A stretch of DNA of 63,698 nt, filler included, from Phoronis australis (Eukaryota; Animalia; Phoronida): the NCBI GenBank assembly GCA_002633005.1. It is 8 parts of 8 records of this genome, joined end to end, with 100 filler letters (N's around TTAATTAATTAA, not from the genome) between each part and the next. Parts side by side here need not be neighbours in the genome. Positions count along the whole stretch, not along the records: positions 34,688 to 38,051 come from NMRA01003066.1; positions 38,152 to 49,213 come from NMRA01000065.1; positions 49,314 to 59,374 come from NMRA01000070.1; 5 more parts are not named here. One strand, written 5' to 3'. How positions within the stretch are numbered: position 1 is the first letter of the stretch; each line of letters begins with the position of its first letter. Shown in pieces: positions 37,513 through 50,365 of the stretch. The translations under genes and the position numbers were made by a program. A model generated the notes under the pieces. It worked only from the letters and a program-made list of their open reading frames with translations. It ran no database searches and was not told where the DNA came from.

Positions 37513-40500
37513 GTTTGCATCTGAAATATAAAATCGGAATAACTCCACTTTACTAAATCAACCGCTACCGTCAAAAAGCAAATAGTGGAACCCATGGCTC
37601 TGTCCCACCTCTCCACTTTCAAATAGAAATCACTGTTGGCATGCAAGTGAATTTTTAATTCAAAATTCTGTTATTGTTCACTAATATTACAGCATGCAAA
37701 TTTGAGCATGAAAACATAAAGCACATCACCCGATGCCAGAACTGCGATTATCTCCCTCACTTTTGCGTCTTAAATAAGATGTGACTTTGGCTTTAAGAAA
37801 ATGTGGCTGTCTGTTTCAACGATGATTTTTAGCATGTGGCCAAGTAAACTGCAATGGTATTATAATTACATTTAACTTAATGGCATGAGTAAAGGATCAA
37901 CGAACATGTCGAGGACACCATTTATTGACAGGTAAGTTTGAACTTATGAGATCTATCAGAGTGGTTTTCAGCTTGATTTCTCTCAAAAGTTAGTGCAGAT
38001 TCTGCAATAACTATCGGTCGGTAAAAATACATGTGAGTGCTATGAGTCTAGNNNNNNNNNNNNNNNNNNNNNNNNNNNNNNNNNNNNNNNNNNNNTTAAT
38101 TAATTAANNNNNNNNNNNNNNNNNNNNNNNNNNNNNNNNNNNNNNNNNNNNTGTCATCTCTATGTATATAGCTCATTGGGTATCACTTAGTTTTCCTCGG
38201 GAAATTCGTTTACACCGGCGTTTTTGATTGGCTGGTCGAATTCTCAGCAGGCAGCGGTTTACGCAAACAAACTAGCATGACTGATGGAGGAAGTGTAAAT
38301 GTCGTCTGCTGTACAGACAAATCAGTGCTTAAAATTCATGTTCAAGAAATGTAAATCTCAGAAAATTGTGATTTAATTGCGCCTTTTCGGAGTGCATCTT
38401 TTTACTGTCGTTGACTTTTATTTATTTTCTGTCCTGTATTCATACAGTACGAATAACACACTAGTTAAATCGGCCAGATGACGGCGTGTTTATTGTACAT
38501 GTATGTGCTTCAAGCATGCGGCTATTCAACGTTACTGCAGAAACGAAGTAGTTGCTACCACTTGCATGACAAGGCTAAAACTCGTTCACAGTCCGCCATT
38601 TTCTCACTTTGTTGTAAAGCTAACCAATGACTGCCGAGGTTACATCAACCAATGATAAAGCGCGTGCTACTGCCTGCTACGTACCCGCGTGCTACTGTAG
38701 CTGCCACCTAGCGGCAAGCAGGGGACCAGCTAGGTACCGGCAATCGCCTGGTGGTACGACATCTTGTAACACGAATGTGTGCAAGGGCTCAAAATTGGTG
38801 TTACTGCCTTATTGCCAACAATTCATTTGACTAAAAATTTAAAAATCGGTCTTAGCTAGATATTGAACATGTTCTAAAATCATTTATGATTGGTTTTGCA
38901 TGCAGTGATGAACTTCAACCTCCGCCATGTGGGTCGATCGTACGCTCCTTTCGCGGCTATCCTTATTGTACTCAAAATTTCAATCGTAATTGTCGGTCGT
39001 AACCTGGTTGTATCTTCAGTGTCACCAGAGCTTAAGAAAAATCTGACTCCAGTTTTACAATCTTAAGTGGTCTAAATGAAACGTTATTTTTGACAGAGAG
39101 TAGGTGGACTATGTAACATTACCTAGACGAAAAGGGCAAAGAATAGAACGTTTTGCCCCACCATTCTAAATCTGCCATTGTAACTTAAAATGTGCTATAG
39201 AAAATGTTAATCCACTGCAATTGACTGTATTATTGTCATTTTTCTTTATATAGTAGTCACGGCTTTACACGATTTTTTTAAACTATCGGATGTCGATGAG
39301 AAAAAAATCATCGACTGACCTCACCGTAACATACGTTGTTTTCACTGTTACCACAGGTTATAATTTATGGTTAGTCGTAATTAAACACTGCCTTTTGCCA
39401 CTAGAAAAGGTTTAAGTACCGTCTACACCACGAGTTACCCCATAACAAGTTACTCCCGGAACCAGTTGTTGCTAGGTTTTGTCCAGCAACTTACATGTAC
39501 ATACATACGGTTGTGTCCGTCACAAGACTAAGGTGTGTAGTGTGATGCGAACACTTTACTGACTTAGGGTTAAGTTGCTCCAGAGCATGTTGTAGGGAAA
39601 CTTGCAGTGTGGACATGACTTTAGTTTACTTAATTAGTCTGAATTGATAAGTTGATTCGTTGTCACACAGCGTTTTTTTTCGTGTGATCATTGTGGATCA
39701 TTAGCAGCTGCAAGTAAAGTTCGACTGTTGAATGCAGGTCTGCGTACTTTTGAAATGCAGTGTTGTGGTCGAATTGCTCATTTACCGACACCATCTTTCC
39801 AGAAAACAATACCTTCACGATCAACGCTAGCGTGTTGTCAGAAAATGGATAGGAGCATACAACGTGGCCACCGCGTCGTTCAAGGTGATGCAAAATCCTG
39901 GTTATTTGCGCATTGTTAAGTTTTGTAACAGAATAAATGCATTGAATAAACCCAAGTGAATTGTTATCATGCTTATACTCCGAATCTGTTCGGCACCAAA
40001 GTGTAAACCTTATATTTGGTATTTTTATGGACTTCATCTTAGGTAAGGTCAAAGTTGTTCGGTATTATTTTCACTGCAGTACACATGCGAATCACGCAAC
40101 GTTACGGTATAGCATAGCATCTTGTTTTTGTGATCCGGTTAGTTCGATCAGTTACAGTGTACGCTAGTTATAGCTAATGCAGCATACATAAATAATAAGG
40201 GAGCCATGTATAAGTCAGAGTTGACTGACGCAATTCTGAGTTTACACCACCAGATATTCTGGGCCAGTCAGTGCCCCCAAGTTTGTACACCAATTGGAAT
40301 GGTCTTGGGAGTCCCACCGCGTAGACACAGACGAGGGACCCGGGTAGAAATGATTCCATGGCCGAAACCCGGAGCTATGAAACTCGCACGAATCTTAAAC
40401 CGTTCCCCAAACTCCACACACATACTCCACATCCGGGCACCCGATACTCCAGTCCCGGGATCAGTTTCTTCACTCGAGGTACGGGACTTCCATACGGGGT

Positions 40501-42358
40501 TAGGAGTCCATTCGCAGAGGCGCGGTTTCCACCCTCTGGTTCCGAACATGCACGAGGCTAGTGAGTAAAAAAGCTCATTATGGAACGCCCTTATGAGGGC
40601 GACCTCTATTAGCTTAGAGTGAATTAGTAGACCCCAGCCTCTTCTGGGTAGTGGTAAATGAAGACTGACCCTCCCAACAAGTAGTCAGGCCGGTCACCTC
40701 TATTTATCCCTTTGATACCGCTCGGTAGCTACAGTATCAGGCCCCCTCCGCGCCAATGCGTTAGTGTTCGCAGCATAAATTGCGCAGCATTGTCGCAAAT
40801 CTATGGCAGAACACTGGCAAACTGAAAAATAAAAAATCGTCTAGACACTGTCTCGTTATAACGACTGAGATGTTATAATGAGATAGTTTTAATTAAAATT
40901 TGATATAAACGAGGTGATGATTTTCTAAGTTCCATGGTGATCATAATGCCGGTCGATTTTGCGTTAGTGTTCCGCCGTGCGAATCTTATCCTGCAAACTG
41001 TGTCTTTGTATTATACGTGTAGTGATTATAGGATACTTAACTCGAGCGTTAAGAAGTAATCTTTAGACTCCGAAGAAATGATGTGCAGAGTTAAACAAAA
41101 TAACAACCAAACAGTATTTTATGTATTCTGTTCAACGTTTTCCAAAATGCGAAGATCTATAAGGCTATCCGAATCCGAGAGTTTCCAAATAAGGGAGTCA
41201 ATACTGTTGGAAAGTTGACTGTACACTTCTAGTTGTGTTTATACGGCGATTGCGTACTGGCTGTCGGAATGACGCTAAGCGTGCGTGCCAGGACGAATCG
41301 CTTTTCCGATAGACAAACCTACATGTACTAGGTCACGCCCTCTGTAGTTACCCATAAGCTCAAGGCAAATATGATGGAAGTCCGCATACGTTCTACCGCA
41401 GGCCCTTGAATTTTTCTGTTCCTCGATCAACACTAACATCACTCAGTGTGATAAAACCTGTGTTTCTTTACGGTTATGCGTCGGTGTGAAATTCATCGAA
41501 AGAACAGGTTTTTTTCTATGTGTTCCTAATGATATTTCGTTGAAACTGTTACCGGGATGGTAGGCCTAATCACAAAAGGTCCCAATGGAAAAGTTAACTG
41601 TTCGGGGCGGTATACCAGTGATTTCACGTTTCAAATGAAGATGTTCTTCGCATCAACTGAGTTTCAATTATACGAAAGAACGATTCAAACAGCCATGTAC
41701 CATAGTTTGCCACTCGGTGTTGCATTGCCGCTTGTTTGGGGGCACGCCATTCTATAGCATAACAACGACGAACCTGTCTCCATTTGACTAACGTTTTGTT
41801 GGTGGCTACATGGCGGTTTGCTACGTGGTGAACAAGAATACACGAGTCTTGTCCGCGGGTCACGTTTCTGTAAGTCACTGTCTCGCGCATGTGTTTTTCT
41901 TACTATTTGATTTATTCTTTAATTCTCATCAGAAAATACATAAAAAATATTTGTCTCACATTAGAAAGGTGGGATTATTTCACTTTTGACTTTTTTATTT
42001 GAAGCGTATTCCCTGTCGTGGATTCTACTAAATGCTTTTCTGTCTCGTATGCCCTTTTACTTGAATGCACCTTCTCTGTAAATCGATGTTTCCGAACGCA
42101 AGTCGGAAAGCCATCGTTGTGCTTTCGTTAGCAACAAATGTTTGCGGGCTTAAGGAAACGAATAATAGTGGTGCTTGGCATTTTACAGCGCCCTGAATGC
42201 ATGGAATCAATATTTTGATTGTCTTGCCGGAGCTTTTAGTCATAAAATTTTGTAACAAATGGTGAGCGCTCGCTTCGCGATTTCCATATCAATTAATTTT
42301 GTTTAAGGCAGGATGGTTAATTAAGTACACTGCTCAATGTTTATGCACAGATTGTGTC

Positions 42359-45300
42359 ATGACTTGCTGCAACTATCGTCGGGTATTTTTCACAGTGATC
42401 CTCTGTGTATTTCCTTTGACTTTCGGAGGAGAATTGTTAGGGCATTCTCCAGCAGGTGATCTCGGACACTTGGCGTGGCACATTGACGTGCCACAAGGTT
42501 TTCGTGTCAAAGTCACAGTTTTGCTGTTCCGTGTGAGTGTTGAGTACGCATGTCGTAACGTGTCTTTGAAAGTGACGTCTACAAAAAGTTCGACAGAATT
42601 TCGCCCTGATCCTTGTCAGACCGCCTTAGGACGCCAGTGGATTTCTAAATCTACTGTTACAGTTGCGCTGTCGAAAAACAAAACTGATGTCGAGGTGACA
42701 ATTTTCGCTAGGTATATTTTAGAGCAATCGAGGTACAATGGTGATGACGCTTGTATCCACGTCATCACCTCAAAGGGAGGCGAATTGCATATAAATAGTA
42801 GCGTGTTTTCCGACATCAGTAAGACGAAAGAATTTGCCTTGAAAAAAATCAAGTGTGAGTGGAATTTGGAAACGAGTGAAGGTACCATTGTAACACTTTT
42901 GATCACTGAATTTCGAACACGTTATTCTGGGAGAAACTGCTCAGACGACAAACTTGTTGTGCGTGATGGGAAAAGTCATGACTCTCCAGAACTGGGAACA
43001 TATTGCGGGAAGAGATCGCCGTGGTTCGTCAACGCGTCGTCTTCGCATATGTCTGTATATATGTTCATCGTTTTGTCTGAAAGCGTCGCATTCAGGGCTC
43101 AATATTCCCAGATGCCCAAAAACTCAATTTCACCCGCCTTTGGCGTTTACACAATTAAACTTGGACACGGAACTACGTATCCTATGCAGTCGTATTCTTT
43201 GCCCTCGGACAGTACCAACGTATATCAGTGGCATGTCACCACCACGTACGGTCATCTGCTACAAACGGATGTAACGACATTCTCAGTCCGAAAGGTGGCA
43301 GTGTACGATGCTCCATACTCGGTGTCGGCAAACGAGATACGTCCATTGATGTCCAAAAAACTCGCAAATGGTGTTATGTCCTTGAGATACATCTCTACTT
43401 ATTTTCAATCTTTTATGGAAATACAAGTGCAATCAGAACAGCTCAAAGCGTCGTTCAACATAACGTTCAGCTCAATCGAAGGAAGCTTCAAGAGTTGCGG
43501 AGAAGTTAGCTCTGTCACTAAACAATACTCTTTGGTCACGTTGTATCCACTGAATATCGTCATCAATAGTGGAAGCGGTGGACAGTGTCAGTGGTTTTTC
43601 AGAGCTACACATGTGCATAGATATCTTCAATTTCTACTTGAAAGTTTGAGCCTCGAATCCATTGATAATTGTGCTTATGAGGGCCTTTTGTTATTTGATG
43701 GGGCAAGTACGTCGGCGCCATCTTACGGACCCTTCTGTAGAAACTCTGGAAGAATTCAAAGTTTTGTTACAAGTACTAAATACCTCACCATTTTATATTA
43801 CTATGCTAGTGATCTGAGGATTGCTAGAACTGTACTTAACGCTAGCATCGAGGAAACCTCTTGTAAAGGTTTTGTCTTAACGGAAGAAAGTACTATTTTC
43901 AATGCAACTACGGGGTGTTATATATTTCAAAGAATTCCTCAACTCGTCCAGAAACGAAACCACTATGTTGGATTTACAATAGAACCTGGCTGGTATTCTG
44001 TCGAAGTTACTATCGAAATGTCGGACTTTGCATGCAGAAGCAGTGAAACATTCACGTGTTCGGAGTATATCATGATAGATAGCACACCTATGCCGCTTTG
44101 TATCGGCTCCATGACATCTTTTTGGGTTGTTGTCGGAAAACCACTCGATGTTTACAACGTTCTCTCATTTGTATCTTTTTGCAGCTGGTCAAACGCCTTT
44201 TTCTCAGCGAAGGTTTCTATCAGCACAGTGGTTAGTCCCATAGACTCGGAGAATGAATGCGCAAAAGGCAACAATAGTCATCTTACGTTCGCCAAATTGT
44301 TTTGGACATGCGGATATCTAGACTTTTATAAGTACCCGCAAGTTACGTACACACTGATTCTAGGTCTATCTTTTGGCACAAAGTGCATAACGCAACAGTC
44401 AAACCCATCACATTACAATCTGATATTTCACCGAGCTGGCTGTGATACTTCCCTAACAATAATGGACAAATTCTACAGGGATGCTTGCCATCCCGTAAAG
44501 GTTGGTGTCGACAACCCAGTTCATTTGTTAGATTATTTGTACCGTCTTCGATGCTCAAAAAATGGATTTTTTCAGGTGCCCACTATTGGCGCAGATGAAG
44601 TAACGGTAACATTTAGGACTTATTACAAATTTGCAATTGAATTTAACCTTGTACTGCAACCAGCTGTAGACGTGGATAATCACGATAAATGTAATTCTGG
44701 TTACGTGTTGCACAGAGAATCATGTTATAGGCAGTTTTCTGCTGGAACGTGGGCGGATGCAAACAAGCGTTGCAAAGCCGAAGGTGGTGAACTTCTGAGT
44801 ATCTTGGATGAGGACGAGTATGGGTTTATTCTTGAGTGCATGCAGACAATTTGGAAAAGAGATATTTACGTAGGACCTCATAACGCTATCTTCATTGGAC
44901 TTTACTACAATTCAGCTGGTGACTTGAAATGGACCGATAACAACCCTCTCACGTTCACACGGTGGTATACCCCAGGAAATGATGCTCCGCCATATACAAC
45001 AGGTGATTTTGACCAGGTGATCAACATCAACAAAGGACAGCCACTCAATGAACAGTCTAGTCGTTGCACATTGATGATTGTGCGTAATCCTTATGTTGGG
45101 GGCAGTTGGTTTAGGATCCCTTGTAATTACGGTTTTCGTCACACGAGAGCCATATGTAAACAGACAGCACGTACCAGTCGCAACAAGCTGTCGTCAGTGA
45201 CGGCGCTATCGAGATTCGTCAGGAAATCACAATGTTCGCAGGATTGGACGTTCGCAAATGATTCTTGCTATCGCCTCGTTACTAGCTTAACTGATGTTTA

Positions 45301-48300
45301 TGCCAAGTTGGGGTTCTGGAAAGCCGTGGCTATGTGCCAGGCTATAGACAACGCTTCCATCGCTGTGGTCAGCCAGGATAATATAAATGACATTCGGTAT
45401 CTTCTACAACTGTGGAAACATAAGCCCGAATTCGGCGCTATACGTGTTAACGGAACATCTAGTTCCAACTGTTTAATAATATCTAACACGTCAGTCACTA
45501 ATGTCGATGAAATTTGGAGATCGCTTCTTTCACGACTGAATGGTAAAGAGGAAATTCACCACTGGGGTCTAACGAGATTTCAATGTAATGACACGTTGAT
45601 GGACGATGCCGAGCCTCCACGGTTGCTGAATGTTCTATGTAGAAAGCCCTCTGTGCTTCCAGCAGAAGGCTGTCCAAGTTGGTCCCAAATGAGGTGCGGC
45701 GACGGAACCTGTATCTCCGTTAGTAGCATTTGTGACAAGTCACTTGACTGTTTGAATGGAGAAGACGAGATAGATTGCAACTGGGTAGAACAGCAGGGAT
45801 ATTACTTGTAAGTATTCAACAGAGATTTGAATAGTCTTCTCACAGCGTAATATAGCTTTTGGCAGTATTAGACCTGCCAATTCGTGCTTACGTAATTCTG
45901 TTACTTTTCCTCTCTGCATATGGGCTATCGTGGCTGTATTTACAGATGCAGGACTGTAAAGGGTGGAACACAGTTTAGCCTAAATTTTGGAGTAGTTCCA
46001 ATGTCCAGCGGAGCTTAAGATAGTGGATGAACTACTCGCCCCTAAATGGACCGATTCGTGTAGTCCGTTTTAGTTATTTTGTTTTTGACAGCAACCCTGG
46101 CGTGGTGCGGACATTTTAGGTCAGGATCCTAATGTAAATTAAGTCGGCGTACAATCACGAGCAGTTTGCACGTGTTTTGGCTACCGAAATCCGATGAGTG
46201 TCTCGTTGGCTGAGACGGAGGCATTCGAATGGGGAACGCAGTCAATTTGTTTGTTTATTCTAATTAACTCTATAGTGATGAGCGAAATCGTGTTCCGCTT
46301 TCAGGGAATTTTCGAAAATTGGTCCATTGGCAGATATTTGGAAAACGACCGTTCAAAAACGTAAATTGAAACCGAACATACACACAGGCGTGTTTTCGGA
46401 AAGGGCGGCGTATTTTCAGAAACTGTTTGAAGTAAACTCGTCTTTTTATGGCGTATGTAGTTGTGTCTCATTAGTAAAATTTTTATCCATCCATAGACAC
46501 CGGTGACCTAAAGTCGTGAATGTAAACATAAAAAGCAGCTGATTGTCATACTACCCAATGTCCGTTAGCAACTGCTCATGTGATGCCATAGACATATATC
46601 AGCCTTCACAAGGCTACGTGTTTTGCCAATCTTACCATTGTTTGTCTCCGTAAGCAGAGTTTTGAAACGGTCGCTGATATCTCGCCGTCCATTTTGAATG
46701 AGCCCCTATATAAAGTCGTGACCATAGACATTAAGACGTCTATGGTCGTGACCGTTTCGTTTAGACGGAAATGCACGAAATAAGACCACACAAGTCAACA
46801 ACAGTGCTTACAGTTACTCTAGACGACATGAAAACGCATTGCATTGTTTATTAATTCAGTTTCAATTGAAATAAATTGTTATATGTTTTGCACCCAAGTC
46901 CGATGTGCACAGGCGTTTTCGTTGAAGTTGTTTACATAAAACGCTATGAAACCCAGCATCAATTATTTCTCTGCATTTTATTGCTTTGGCCTTACTTTGG
47001 GACATTTTGATACATTGTTCAAGCCTCCCCTGGAGTGCATGTTACAGCAACTCTGAACGATGTTTAGTTTCGAAAATATATTCTGAAAATGCACAAAAAG
47101 TGGATTAGTGAAATATGCTGTTTTAAGGTGCATTTGTAAAAAGAAGCCACTCACTCACTGTTTATTTTCGTATTGTGAATATCAACACGTCCGGGTATTC
47201 GTTTGACGTTCGCAAGCAGACGAACGCTGGAAACTTCAACATTAGATGTCGCAGGACCGCGCAGAAGCTGAAACAAGATCGTTCACGACTTAAGGGCACT
47301 CACGACTTAAGAACCTCCGACGGTACTTATTGACCATTTAGCAAACGCAGTGCGATAAAACTGTCCATCATACTGTGTTAATACGATTAACTTCCAAACA
47401 AGTCACCCAATGCCTCGTTAAATGACAGGCATTTGAGTGATATCACGATCTTAAAAAAAATATTTTGTGTTCCTAAACTAAGCAAAATTTTAAAATCGAA
47501 ACATTCCATACCTGTTTTAGAAAAATCTATCAGATTTTCAAAACATGCTAACAGTCTTCGAAATTATACCCGTGGGCGTACTTTTAGAAAATTTTCCGAA
47601 AATACGCTTAAGGGTGCACTTTTGGATGGATCTATTTTAGAAAATTCCCGGTATTATGAAAAATTCAATAGGTTTTAACGTGCTTTCGTTTGAGGTTGGT
47701 GTTATTTTTCATTGCAGGACTGGATAAAAGAATTTTTTTGAAATTGAATTTCACAACCACGTCATTATGTTCTGCTAATAAGACACGCGTCTTTCCAATG
47801 TTTTTCCTCTGATCACCTCATTTGCGTTTGGTATTATAGTTTTGTAGCTCTTGTAGTGGCCTGGCTACTTTCTGAAGTCCAAACATGGCCAGGCTGTTTC
47901 TTTACATTTTGTATAATATCTAAGGTTATTTTGGTCATGTTTTGTGCAGTAATTCTAGGTAACGCGATTCCTTCCGGCTCGTTGAATTTACGGACGTCAC
48001 GATTTTGTGAGTGAACGGTAGAAAACGACGGTATGCGCCTTTGATACCAACCGAAGTTTTATGAACAATTTTAAAGATGGGAAGTCCGGTATGACACATT
48101 CGAGGAAATGACACCAGCACTGAGAAGCAGGTGTATTCGGTTGCACTTGTTATTCCTCACTAGACATTGCGTTGTTTGATTGGGTCAAGACCAGAAAGCA
48201 AGACAAAAATCCCGGTAGTGTTCCCTAGAACAAGCCTCTTGCAAAAACAGTAAGATCTCGAAAGACATAGCGAGAGTGAAAGGCGAGAATTTCGCGAGTA

Positions 48301-49213
48301 TGCTCGGACGTCATTCGCTACAGGCCCAATCTAATCCCAAGATTTCACAGTCGGACTCAGAAATAGTCTGCAGGTTTTACTATTTTTTCTGAAAAAGTTT
48401 AATATGCGTTCTACTAACGATGATATAATATGCATGACACAGAACAAGATAGTGTTTCGTACAATAAATATACCTACATAACTCAAAAGATTGACGGTAG
48501 AGGTAGGGGAATCAAAAACATTTCAAAAACGGTATTTTCTAATTGTTCTCGTGAAATCCTTTGGCTGGCAGATTTTATATTTTTTGCAGTTGCCAAGATG
48601 GTAGCGCCGTGCCCATATCGTCCTACTGTGACTACGTCAACGACTGCCTTGATGGAAGTGACGAAGAAAGTTGCACATATCCTGAGTGTTCCGTCGATCA
48701 GTACACGTGCAAATCTCGACAGTGTATCTCAAAAGACAAGATGTGCGACTTTACAAAAAACTGTTGGGACGGCAGTGACGAGCTTGAAAGCACTTGTCGC
48801 TGGATGGAACGTTGTGAGCAGCTTAACGGATTTAGATGTTTGTCTGGGGATTGCATTGATCCGAAGTTAAAGACTGATTTAAGATACGACTGCCCAGGCC
48901 AACTGCAAGAGGACGAACACTTCTTTGAAGAGGACTATTCTCGCGGAGTTATTAGAACGTCTCGAAATGGCTATCTTCAGCACATTGTAAATCTTCGTCC
49001 GTATTGTTCGAAAGACAACGAAGTTCGATGCTTGCGCAATCATCCGTCATGTTTCAACAGAGGTCAAACTTGTATTTTTGATGGGTTCAACGGGTGTGCG
49101 GATAATAGTCATCTTAAGGACTGTGAAAACTTCACCTGTCCTGGACACTTCAAATGCCCTTTCAGTTATTGTATTCCGAAACACAGAGTATGCAATGGAG
49201 TGTGGGATTGCAA
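42359..49213 (+). CDS. 5' part of a CUB / C-type lectin / LDLa receptor, GRL101-like LGR candidate. Exons: 42359-45807, 48590->49213 (runs into a gap)
   Basis: Signal peptide (VFFTVILCVFPLTFG); CUB motifs (CEWNL..CSDDKLVVRDG..GTYCG; CQWFF..CAYEGLLLFDG..GPFC); two CTLDs (ESCY..TWADANKRC..GGELLSI..IFIGL; DSCY..FWKAVAMC); LDLa repeats (CGDGTCI..CDKSLDCLNGEDE). Phase-2 intron tt|gtaagt...tttttgcag|t. Ends at SHLKDCENFTCPGHFKCPFSYCIPKHRVCNGVWDC. Confidence 0.85.
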
Positions 49214-49890
49214 NNNNNNNNNNNNNNNNNNNNNNNNNNNNNNNNNNNNNNNNNNNNTTAATTAATTAANNNNNNNNNNNNNNNNNNNNNNNNNNNNNNN
49301 NNNNNNNNNNNNNCAATCTCTTCTTGTGGTCGTTAATGCAGTAATGTTGGCAGCCATTTTGGCAACTATTGCGGAAATGTCGAAAATATTGCCTAAACAT
49401 GTTTTTCTCCATTCTCTTCAAAAAAGCAATGAAAAGACCTATCATTTGGTATATCACACCATATAGTTTGTTAATGGTATATTACACCATATAGTTCATT
49501 AACGTAAAACAATAAGACGTTTTTGCAGTCATAATGGTGGCCATATTGTCCGCCATTTTGGAATTTGGAATTTTTTGTTTTCTTAAAAATGTTTCTCACC
49601 AAGTAAATGCTAGGATTGTCATATCCTGAAATTTTCATGTTGTTATTAAAAGTATTGAGGAAGTTATTGTGAAAAAACTAATTTTGGGTCACATGAATGC
49701 GCATTTACTCCCATGTATTCAGAGGACTAAAAAAGAGGGCTAATTATCGCTCTTCAAACGTTCATAAAAAGTCAACGGCTTAATGGATTTTGTTAATTTT
49801 TTTTTTGTTTGACTCTGTTTTTGATGTTTTATTAAATCAATGCATTTTTAAATATTAAATAAGAATTTGAAATTTTTTGTCACGTCCCTA

Positions 49891-50365
49891 CTATTAGCGG
49901 AATAGTATAGCTTGCTTGCTGGTTTTATGGGGGTTGCTGGTTCGATTCCTGAGTTGGGTGATCTCGGCTATTACTACAAATGGCGTAGTCGGCAAACGGA
50001 TGATCTACCGATGAAGCACTGCCAACAAGTACCCACAGACCTCGGGACGGTGCGCGTGGAAGGTTCCAATAGTCAAGGACCTGTATGAGGGACTACCTTG
50101 TGTTCACCTGTGCTGTGGTGGTAAAGGTACCAAGGAACGTTGATGACCTGTATGCGAGACATCCTGGTGTTCACCTTCCTGGTCGCGTGCCCGTTCCGTA
50201 GGGAAGGGGGGAATGTTGTAGATGTGCTTCCGGTGAATTATATGAGCCTCTGTGAGCTACTCGCTAACGGGCAATTGCCTATTAGCTGAATGGTTAGCAC
50301 GCTTGCCGGTTTTATGGGGGTCGCTGGTTTGATTCCCGAGTCGGGTGATCTCGGCTATTACTACA
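49891..50365 (+). mobile_element. Miniature non-autonomous LTR retroelement (TRIM) with a tRNA-like Pol III promoter in the LTR
   Basis: Truncated 5' LTR 49891-49978; PBS tggcgtagtcggca 49981-49994; PPT agggaaggggggaa 50200-50213; full 152-bp 3' LTR tgttgta...tactaca 50214-50365, containing A-box tagctgaatgg and B-box ggtt(c/t)gattcc. Confidence 0.85.

Noticed and set aside
40170-40790. GC-richer segment with a PBS-like tggcgc on minus
   Set aside because: No paired LTRs, PPT or recognisable protein motifs found.
42299-42358. TTG start of the 1170-aa ORF
   Set aside because: Eukaryotic gene; the ATG at 42359 directly precedes the signal peptide.
49891-49960. Functional tRNA gene
   Set aside because: A/B boxes are present, but no convincing cloverleaf; it is embedded in an LTR.
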